Of a stretch of DNA of 30,986 bases, positions 22,891 to 30,010 are shown piece by piece. Source of the stretch: a virus; IMG/VR virus record IMGVR_UViG_3300010388_000223, positions 1 to 30,986 of that record, one strand, 5' to 3'. A program made the position numbers and the translations under genes. The notes under the pieces were generated by a model. That model made no database searches. It was not told where the DNA came from and saw only the letters and a program-made list of their open reading frames with translations. Position 1 is the first letter of the stretch. Each line of letters begins with the position of its first letter.

Positions 22891-24012
22891 ATGAGTGAGT
22901 TCATCAAGTCTCAGCAGGAAGTACGCGCAAACCTTATTGCTCAGGTTCGTGAAATCATTGATTTTGCTGAATCCGAGAAGCGTGGACTGCTCGCTGAGGA
23001 AACCCAGAAAATTGAGCGCATTGAAGCAGACATCCGTTCCGCTGACGATGCTCTCGCAATTGCTACTCGTAACGAGGAGCGCAAGGCTGAGGCTGCTACC
23101 GCTGCCGCTGGTTTTGTTCCTGCTGTAGAAGCACGTTCTGACGCTGACATCTTCCGCGCAATGGCTCGTGGAGAAGTTCGTGGCCACAACTTTGAACAGC
23201 GTGCAACTCTCGTTCCTGCGACTGCAACTGTTCCTGTATCGTTCCTTGACCGTGTATACGGTGTTGCTCGCCTCGTTGGGCCTATGCTTGACGTTGCTGA
23301 GGTTATCACTCGTAGCTCTGGTAACGACCTGCGTATTCCTGTTTACACTGCTTTCAGCACTGCTGCACAGGTTGCTGCTGGTTCTGCAATTGCTGAATCT
23401 AACCCAACCTTTGACAGCATTCTTCTTCAGCCAAAGAAAGAAGCCTTCATTGTTCCAGTTGCTAACGAACTGATTACTGACGCTGGTTTCGACATTGAGG
23501 CTGTTATTGCTGAGCAGGCTGGTAACGCTATCGGTTACGCTGTAAACGGTACTGCTACCGCTAAGCTGGTTGCTGCTGCTGGTTCTGGCGTTACCGCTTC
23601 TACCGCAACTGCTATCTCTGCTGACAACCTGATTGACCTCGCCTACTCGCTTGATGGTGCTGCTCGCCGTCTGCCAGGTGTTGGTTACATGGCTAACGGT
23701 TCCACCATTGGTGCTATCCGTAAGCTGAAGGACACTGCAGGAAACTACCTTTACCAGGTAGGCGTTGGTCAGCCTGACACCTTTGCTGGTTTCGCTGTTT
23801 ACGAGAACCCTGCTCTTGACAGTGTTGCTACTGGCAAGAAGGCTGTTCTGTTCGGTGACTACCGTTCTGTCAAGATTGCTACAACTGGTCTTGATGTTGC
23901 TGTTTCGTCTGACGCATACTTTGCTAACGACGTTACTGGTTACCGTTTCACCTACCGTGTTGACTCTGGTCTAACCCACAGCTCACACGTTAAGTACCTG
24001 CTCCAGCCATAA
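22891..24012 (+). CDS. Major capsid protein (HK97 fold) with N-terminal delta/scaffolding domain
   Basis: SD ggag + ATG 22891. Coiled-coil N-terminus (QQEVRANLIAQVREIIDFAESEKR...). Position after the protease. Distinct C-ending codon preference. Confidence 0.85.
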   Translation: MSEFIKSQQEVRANLIAQVREIIDFAESEKRGLLAEETQKIERIEADIRSADDALAIATRNEERKAEAATAAAGFVPAVEARSDADIFRAMARGEVRGHNFEQRATLVPATATVPVSFLDRVYGVARLVGPMLDVAEVITRSSGNDLRIPVYTAFSTAAQVAAGSAIAESNPTFDSILLQPKKEAFIVPVANELITDAGFDIEAVIAEQAGNAIGYAVNGTATAKLVAAAGSGVTASTATAISADNLIDLAYSLDGAARRLPGVGYMANGSTIGAIRKLKDTAGNYLYQVGVGQPDTFAGFAVYENPALDSVATGKKAVLFGDYRSVKIATTGLDVAVSSDAYFANDVTGYRFTYRVDSGLTHSSHVKYLLQP

Positions 24013-24028
24013 GCTGAGTAGCTAGATT

Positions 24029-24068
24029 CATCCCCTGTCTTGTAGGTTAGGCAGGGGATGTTCTAGTT
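24029..24068 (+). terminator. Terminator-like hairpin after the MCP gene
   Basis: catcccctg-14 nt-caggggatg then ttctagtt. A second 9-bp hairpin taatcccct...aggggatta lies at 24075-24113. Confidence 0.6.
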
Positions 24069-24150
24069 AAACGGTAATCCCCTCAAGACAACCACAATGC
24101 CTTAAGGGGATTAGATAGTTGGGGGAACTATCGTGACTAATCTAATACAG

Positions 24151-24163
24151 GTTATAGAATAGA
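24151..24163 (+). promoter_or_regulatory. gttaTAGAATaga -10-like box upstream of the glycosyltransferase pair
   Basis: TAGAAT at 24155-24160, 26 nt upstream of ATG 24187. Confidence 0.4.
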
Positions 24164-24186
24164 GTCAACCTATTTTTGAAAGGGAA

Positions 24187-25374
24187 ATGATGGCTGTAGA
24201 GAAATTGCGCGGTGTCGTATCTGTTGCTTCTAACTCGTATGATTCGCCTACTGGCTATGGGGTGCAGGTGAAGCTTTTGATTGACCGTATGGTTAAGCAT
24301 GGTTTGAAGGTTGCTAACCTGTCTAATTATGGGCTTGAGGGTCGTATTGATGAGATTAAGACTCCTCACGGGAAGATTCCTCATTATCCTCGTGGATTCA
24401 AGCCTTACAGTGATGATGTCATTCCGGTGTGGCATGAGGATCATAAGTCGCATAATCCTGATGTGAAAGATGCTGTAATTACTCTTTATGATCAGTGGGT
24501 TTACAATGACCTAAAGTTTGATGGTGACATTATTGCCTGGACTCCACTAGATCACGTCACGTTGCCACCTAACGTGCTCAAGTTTCTTTTACGCCCTAAT
24601 GTTCACCCTGTGACTATGTCACCGCATGGGCAACGTCAGTTAGAGCGTGCCGGTGTGGATAGTGTGTATATTCCTCACGCGATTGATACGAGTGTGATGA
24701 AGCCTACTGATGATTTTGTGGGTGTGCCGATTCGCCAATATTTGGATGTTCCTGATGATGCGTTTCTGGTGTCTATGGTTGCAGCTAATAAGGCTAATGG
24801 TTTGGTGCATCGTAAGGCGCTTGCTGAGCAGTTGATGGCTTTCAGTATTTTCCGGCAAGAGTATCCTGACGCTTATCTTTATATTCATAGTGAGCCTAGC
24901 CCTGTGTTTGGTGGGTTTAATATTCCAGCCTTGTTGAGGGCGTGTGGCTTGTCTGATGAGTATGTGCGTATTTTGAATAGTGACGTGAACCGTACTGGAT
25001 ATCCTGACGAGTTTTTGGCGGCAGTGTATACGGGTTCTGACGTTATGTTGCAGGTGTCGTATGGTGAAGGTTTTGGTGTGCCTGTGATTGAGGCTCAGGC
25101 GTGTGGCACTCGTGTTATCACCTCTAATTGGGCGGCGACTCAAGACTTGGCTGGTGATGATTCTTTCTTGGTTGATGGGCAACCGTTCTGGGATGAACCT
25201 CAACAGTCGTTCTACAACATTCCTAACATTGGTTCTATCGTGAACGCGCTAAAACTTGCTTATGCTGCTCCTCGTGGAATCAGTCAGGCTTCTATAGAGT
25301 TTGCTAAACAGTTTGAGGTTGATCGTGTGTGGAACTGGTATTGGATGCCCTATTTGCGTGAGTTCTTCAAATGA
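24187..25374 (+). CDS. Glycosyltransferase, GT-B fold (family 1/4-like)
   Basis: YGEGFGVPVIEAQACGTRVITSNWAATQDL (E-X7-E region). SD aaggga. Confidence 0.75.
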   Translation: MMAVEKLRGVVSVASNSYDSPTGYGVQVKLLIDRMVKHGLKVANLSNYGLEGRIDEIKTPHGKIPHYPRGFKPYSDDVIPVWHEDHKSHNPDVKDAVITLYDQWVYNDLKFDGDIIAWTPLDHVTLPPNVLKFLLRPNVHPVTMSPHGQRQLERAGVDSVYIPHAIDTSVMKPTDDFVGVPIRQYLDVPDDAFLVSMVAANKANGLVHRKALAEQLMAFSIFRQEYPDAYLYIHSEPSPVFGGFNIPALLRACGLSDEYVRILNSDVNRTGYPDEFLAAVYTGSDVMLQVSYGEGFGVPVIEAQACGTRVITSNWAATQDLAGDDSFLVDGQPFWDEPQQSFYNIPNIGSIVNALKLAYAAPRGISQASIEFAKQFEVDRVWNWYWMPYLREFFK

Positions 25375-26018
25375 TTCCTAACCTTATTGTTCCTACGCTG
25401 AATCAGTATGAGAAGCTTCAGCGTATGGTTTATGGCATTGACTATCCTGTTGAACATCTGCTCATTATTGATAACGGTGGCAGGCTTGCTGATTTGCGTA
25501 TTCCTGATGCGGTGCAGAAACTTACTATCCTAAATATGCCTTCTAATTTGGGTGTGTCTACGTCATGGAATCTGGGTATCAAATCGTTTCCTCATGCTGA
25601 CCGCTGGTTTGTTGCTTCTGATGACATCATGTTTGAGCCTGGTGCTCTTGAGGATTGGTTTAATATTTCGCATAGGGAACGCCTGATTACTTCTAGCGAG
25701 TCACCGTATTGGCAGTTTTTTTGTATTGGTGAAGAAGTTGTTGGCAACGTGGGCTTGTTTGATGAGGCTATTCATCCAGCTAATTTTGAGGATGATGAGT
25801 ATGAGTGGCGTTGTGAACAGTTAGGGTATGAAGTTCACAGGGCAGACATAGGGCACTTTCATGAGAAACATTCCACTGTGTTTAGCCCTGAGTATGTTTC
25901 TAAGAATCGTGGGAGTTATGTTTTGAATGAGTCTTATTTTGAGACTAAGAAGCGTGAGCGTGATTATAGTGATGGGTTTTGGACTTTATCGCGTAGACGC
26001 ATTTTGAGCTGGGATTAG
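25371..26018 (+). CDS. Glycosyltransferase, GT-A fold (family 2-like)
   Basis: LIVPTLNQYEKL, LLIIDNGG, NLGVSTSWNLGI, FVASDDIMFEPGAL (DxD). ATGA coupling. Confidence 0.7.
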   Translation: MIPNLIVPTLNQYEKLQRMVYGIDYPVEHLLIIDNGGRLADLRIPDAVQKLTILNMPSNLGVSTSWNLGIKSFPHADRWFVASDDIMFEPGALEDWFNISHRERLITSSESPYWQFFCIGEEVVGNVGLFDEAIHPANFEDDEYEWRCEQLGYEVHRADIGHFHEKHSTVFSPEYVSKNRGSYVLNESYFETKKRERDYSDGFWTLSRRRILSWD

Positions 26019-26029
26019 CGGTACAATAG
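26018..26029 (+). promoter_or_regulatory. Late-gene cassette motif gcGGTACAATagg followed by TTAGGAGTTTATT-TTG
   Basis: Aligns over ~37 nt with the 302-339 cassette. Confidence 0.5.
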
Positions 26030-26051
26030 GTATAGGATTTAGGAGTTTATT

Positions 26052-26660
26052 TTGGCTATTACTAACGGCTATGCCACTCTCGCTGATGTGAAGGCTGCTT
26101 TGCGGATCACTGATTCTGTTGATGATGCGCTGATTGAGATTGCTATTGAGTCTGCTTCTCGTGAAATTGACGGGTACTGTAACCGCGTGTTCTATTCGAC
26201 TAGCGGAACTAGGGTTTATCAGCCTCAAGATGCGTTTGTTTGTCAGACTGATGACATTGTTTCTGTTACTACTCTTAAGACTTCTGACAATGCTCAAAGC
26301 TATGACAATACTTGGGCTGTTACTGATTTTCAGCTTGAGCCGTTGAATGGTGTATCTGGTGGTTTGGTTCAGCCTGCTACTCGTATTCGTGCTGTAGGTG
26401 ATTACCTGTTTCCTATTTGGACTATCGGTTCAACATATAACAATTTTGCGCCGGTTCAGATTGTGGGTGTGTTTGGTTGGTCGAGTGTTCCTACTGCGGT
26501 AAAGCAGGCGGCACTCTTGTTGGCTATGCGCCAGTTTAAGCGTTACGATTCCCCACTGGGTGTGGCAGGCTTTGGCGATTTGGGTGCTATCCGTGTTGGC
26601 CGTGTTGATCCTGATGTTCAGGCTTTGCTTGACCCGTTCCGTAAGGCTGTAGCCTCGTGA
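26052..26660 (+). CDS. Head-tail connector/adaptor (phage gp6-like)
   Basis: TTG start after aggag. YATLADVKAALRITDSVDDALIEIAIESASREIDGYCNR is the classic gp6-like N-terminus. Confidence 0.75.
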   Translation: MAITNGYATLADVKAALRITDSVDDALIEIAIESASREIDGYCNRVFYSTSGTRVYQPQDAFVCQTDDIVSVTTLKTSDNAQSYDNTWAVTDFQLEPLNGVSGGLVQPATRIRAVGDYLFPIWTIGSTYNNFAPVQIVGVFGWSSVPTAVKQAALLLAMRQFKRYDSPLGVAGFGDLGAIRVGRVDPDVQALLDPFRKAVAS

Positions 26661-27058
26661 GCATTGCTGACATCCGCAACGGCTTAGGTGCTAATCTGGG
26701 CACGATTCGTGGCTTGCGTGTAGCTGAGACTATTCCCGATAATCCTAGTCCGCCTATCGCTGTTATAGCGTTGGGAAATGTGGTTTATGATGGCGCATTT
26801 CATGGTGGCCTTGTAACCTACAATTTTACTGTGTCTGTGATTGTGGGGCGTGTTGCTGAGCGTGAGGCTCAACGCCGTCTGGATGCTTTCATTTCTACAG
26901 GTACGGGTTCTATTAAGGGTGCTATAGAGTCTGAGAAGTCTCTTGGTGGTTCAGCGTATGATGTGCGCGTGTCTGAGATGACTAATGTGGGTGCGGTGCA
27001 GATTGGTGATGCAACGTATTTGGCGTGTGATTTCGCTGTTGCGGTTTATGCTAACTAG
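26657..27058 (+). CDS. Head-tail joining / neck or tail-terminator-like protein
   Basis: GTGA coupling. 133 aa between connector and major tail. Function from position only. Confidence 0.5.
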   Translation: MSIADIRNGLGANLGTIRGLRVAETIPDNPSPPIAVIALGNVVYDGAFHGGLVTYNFTVSVIVGRVAEREAQRRLDAFISTGTGSIKGAIESEKSLGGSAYDVRVSEMTNVGAVQIGDATYLACDFAVAVYAN

Positions 27059-27068
27059 CATCATTTAT

Positions 27069-27079
27069 GCGGTAGAATA
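27069..27079 (+). promoter_or_regulatory. Late-gene motif gcGGTAGAATa upstream of the major tail gene
   Basis: TAGAAT at 27073-27078. TTAGGAG at 27107-27113. Confidence 0.5.
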
Positions 27080-27113
27080 AAAGTAGCGTTTTAGCTTTAA
27101 TAATTTTTAGGAG

Positions 27114-27530
27114 ATGATTGTGGCTAAGTTTGTTGCTACTGACGTAAAGACAACCATTAACGGTACGGACTTTAGTGATCACATTGCTGCTGTCACTTTT
27201 GACCTGACTGCTGATGAGATTGAGACAACTGCTTTCGGTACTGCGTGGCGTCAACGTGTTGGCGGCGGTCTGAAAGATGCTTCTATCTCGATTGACTTCC
27301 ACCAAGATTTTGGTGCAGGTTCGGTTGATGCTGTTCTGTTCCCTCTGTTTGGTTCTATCGCTACTGTAGTGTGTGTGCCAACTAGCGGTTCTGTATCGGC
27401 AACTAACCCTTCTTACACTGGAACTTTCTCAGTGACCGCATATAGCCCTGTTGCTTCTAACGTGGGTGACCTTGCAACCCTGTCAGTATCTTGGCCTTCT
27501 GCTGGTACTGTAACTCGAGGAACTGTTTAA
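27114..27530 (+). CDS. Major tail (tube) protein
   Basis: 138 aa, directly upstream of the frameshifted chaperone pair. The true start may be GTG 27120 (better SD spacing). Confidence 0.7.
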   Translation: MIVAKFVATDVKTTINGTDFSDHIAAVTFDLTADEIETTAFGTAWRQRVGGGLKDASISIDFHQDFGAGSVDAVLFPLFGSIATVVCVPTSGSVSATNPSYTGTFSVTAYSPVASNVGDLATLSVSWPSAGTVTRGTV

Positions 27531-27534
27531 ACAT

Positions 27535-27786
27535 ATGCAACCTCTTAACCTACAAATCAGTTTCGTGGATGGCACTTCTTCTGAAGTGTCAACTACGGCT
27601 GCTGACTATATCAAGTTTGAGACTCATTTTGATAAGTCTATTGCTACGTTGGGGAATGATGTTCGTCTAACGTATATGTTCTTTTTGGCGTGGGCTGCTG
27701 CTAAGCGTACTGGTGTGACTGACCTTGAGTTTGAGGCTTGGTCTGAGACTGTTGCTATGGTTGGGGAGTCTGACCCAAAAGCATAA
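27535..27786 (+). CDS. Tail assembly chaperone (G-like)
   Basis: 83 aa. Ends just after the slippery heptamer. Position between the major tail and tape measure genes. Confidence 0.8.
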   Translation: MQPLNLQISFVDGTSSEVSTTAADYIKFETHFDKSIATLGNDVRLTYMFFLAWAAAKRTGVTDLEFEAWSETVAMVGESDPKA

Positions 27787-27944
27787 AGGGTTTGGGTGAT
27801 TCGTCTACGCATTGGATGATTGCCCAGCTTGCTTATGAGTATAAGCTTTCCCCTAATGAGCTTCTTGAGCTTGATCCGCGTATGTTGTGGACTTTACAGC
27901 GTTATCTTGTAGCGCGTGTGAATGCACAGTCTAAGTCGCGGTAG
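27535..27944 (+). CDS. Tail assembly chaperone, -1 frameshift product (G-T-like, about 136 aa)
   Basis: The -1 frame is open from 27780 to TAG 27942-27944 (SIKGLGDSSTHWMIAQLAYEYKLSPNELLELDPRMLWTLQRYLVARVNAQSKSR). Confidence 0.7.
27774..27780 (+). promoter_or_regulatory. Programmed -1 ribosomal frameshift slippery heptamer C CCA AAA
   Basis: X XXY YYZ in the zero frame (GAC CCA AAA GCA TAA), 4 nt before the G stop. Confidence 0.75.
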
Positions 27945-27949
27945 AATGG
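27938..27949 (+). promoter_or_regulatory. Late-gene motif gcGGTAGAATgg followed by TAAGGAGTTTCT-ATG
   Basis: TAGAAT at 27942-27947. It overlaps the stop of the frameshift product. Confidence 0.5.
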
Positions 27950-27965
27950 TATCTAAGGAGTTTCT

Positions 27966-28478
27966 ATGATTACGGCTAGTGTTGATGCTAAGAGTGTTGC
28001 TGACACTTTCCGTATTTTGCGTAAGGTTGAACCTAGTCTTGTTCAGGAATTGCGTAAAGAGTTGCAAAGTGATTTGAAACCTTTGGCTAAAGCTATTGCC
28101 GCTAAGTATCCTAGTGAGCCTACGTTGCGTGGCTTTGAACAGTCTTATGGCCGTTGGGGTTGGGATAAGGTCACTGGTACTGTAAAGATTACGCCTGGTA
28201 AGACTCGTAATGGTGCTGGTCGTAATAATCTTGTGTCTTTGTCTATGAATTATAAGACTGCTACGCCGTTTGTTTTGGATATGATTGGGCGTAAGAATCC
28301 TGGTATTAGTGCTCAGGGTCAGGCTTTGTATCGGGCTGTTATGGCGCAGTTTCCTGGGTGGCCTAATGGTGGGCGTATTTTCTATAAGCCTTTTAAGGAT
28401 GCTCGTGAGCAGGTTGTTTCTGCTGCTGAGGTCACTATTAATCGTTGGAGTGTTAAGGTTAGTGAGGAGTTGAAGTAA
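27966..28478 (+). CDS. HK97 gp10-like virion (neck/tail-completion) protein in an atypical position
   Basis: The N-terminus SVADTFRILRKVEPSLVQELRKELQSDLKPLAKAIAAKYP resembles the gp10 family. It lies between the chaperone and tape measure genes. Confidence 0.5.
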   Translation: MITASVDAKSVADTFRILRKVEPSLVQELRKELQSDLKPLAKAIAAKYPSEPTLRGFEQSYGRWGWDKVTGTVKITPGKTRNGAGRNNLVSLSMNYKTATPFVLDMIGRKNPGISAQGQALYRAVMAQFPGWPNGGRIFYKPFKDAREQVVSAAEVTINRWSVKVSEELK

Positions 28479-30007
28479 TGGCTATTTCATTACCTATCGT
28501 TTCCAAGTTTGATGATAAGGGTGTTAATCAGGCTGAGTCTGCGCTTGACCGTTTGGGTGGTTTTGCTAAGGGTGCAGGGTTGGCTATTGGTGCGGCGTTT
28601 GTGGCTGCTGGTGCGGCTGCTGTAGCGTTTGGGGCTGCTTCTGTTAAGGCTGCTGCTGAGGCTGAGGCTGTTACTCGTGGTCTTGAGAATGCGGTTAAGA
28701 ACGCTAACCAGTTTGGTGATACGGCTTCTTCTATCGGTAAGGCTACTGAGGCTTTAGATAAGCACTCTACTAAGCTTGCTGAGTTGTCTGGTATTGATGA
28801 CGAGATTATTAATCAGATTAAGACTGGTTGGCTGGCTGTTCCTTCTCTTGCGGCTATGGGCGTTGAGGGTATTAATAATCTTGCTCAGGTTGTTGCTGAT
28901 ACTGCTGCTGGTACTGGTAAGGATGTTCAGGCTATTGGTTTGGCGTTTCAGCGTGTAGCTGGTGACACTGAGTCTGCGTTTAATAAGTTGACTCGTGCCG
29001 GTATTGTTTTCACTGATGAGCAGAAGGCTACGTTCGATAGTATTTTGCAGACTAATGGCGAGATGGCTGCTCAACAGTATCTTATTGAGCAGTTGGGCCA
29101 GAAGTATAAGGGTGCTGCTGAGGCTGCCGCTAACCCGTTTGCTAGGTTGAATGTTATTTTCGAGAACTTGAAGGAAACTATTGGCGCGGCTTTGTTGCCT
29201 GCTATTGAGAAGATAGTTCCTATGGTTGCTGATTTTGTTTCTAAGCTTGTGGCTACGCCTGAGTTTGAAGCTTTCTTGGTTGCTTTGTCTGAGGCTTTTC
29301 TTGGCCTTGTTGAAGCGTTGATGCCACTGTTGCCAACGATCGCTGATCTCATTTTATCCTTGATGCCACCATTGATTGAGATTGTTAAAACTCTTGCGCC
29401 ACTGGTTGTGCAATTGGTTGATGCTTTCCTTCCACTGTTGCCTATCTTTGCTGATATGGTTGAGCAATTATTACCACCGTTGGTAGAGCTGATTTCTAAC
29501 TTTGTTAAAATCTTTACTGATAATCCTCAGTTTATGGATAGCGCTATTCAGGGCTTTAAGGATTTCCATGAGGTTATTAAGCCGATTGCTTTTGTGTTGC
29601 AAACTATTGCTGATTTCTTAGGCCAGATAGGTAATAAGAAAACTGTTATTGATGGGCTTGAGGCTCGTGCTCGCGCTGCTCAGAAGGCTGTTAATCCTTT
29701 CTCACTTGCTGGCCCTACTTATGCAGGTAACTGGGGTAAGATTCCTGGTCAGGCTGAGGGTGGCGTTACTATGCGTAGTGGTTTGTCTTGGGTTGGTGAG
29801 CAGGGCCCTGAGTTGTTGAATATGCCTCGTGGCGCTCAGGTTATTCCTCTTGATCGTATTGCTTCTGGTGGTGGCGGTAATGTTACTAATATTAGTTTTA
29901 CTGTGACTGCTGGTATGGGTGCTGATGGTGCTGCACTTGGTGAACAGATTGTTAACGCAATCCGCCGTTATGAGCGCACTTCTGGTGCAGTGTTTGCGAA
30001 AGCATAA
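28478..30007 (+). CDS. Tape measure protein
   Basis: 509 aa, Ala/Leu-rich and helical, with hydrophobic central repeats (LLPTIADLILSLMPPLIEIV..LLPIFADMVEQLLPPLVELI). TAATG coupling. Confidence 0.85.
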   Translation: MAISLPIVSKFDDKGVNQAESALDRLGGFAKGAGLAIGAAFVAAGAAAVAFGAASVKAAAEAEAVTRGLENAVKNANQFGDTASSIGKATEALDKHSTKLAELSGIDDEIINQIKTGWLAVPSLAAMGVEGINNLAQVVADTAAGTGKDVQAIGLAFQRVAGDTESAFNKLTRAGIVFTDEQKATFDSILQTNGEMAAQQYLIEQLGQKYKGAAEAAANPFARLNVIFENLKETIGAALLPAIEKIVPMVADFVSKLVATPEFEAFLVALSEAFLGLVEALMPLLPTIADLILSLMPPLIEIVKTLAPLVVQLVDAFLPLLPIFADMVEQLLPPLVELISNFVKIFTDNPQFMDSAIQGFKDFHEVIKPIAFVLQTIADFLGQIGNKKTVIDGLEARARAAQKAVNPFSLAGPTYAGNWGKIPGQAEGGVTMRSGLSWVGEQGPELLNMPRGAQVIPLDRIASGGGGNVTNISFTVTAGMGADGAALGEQIVNAIRRYERTSGAVFAKA

Positions 30008-30010
30008 ACT

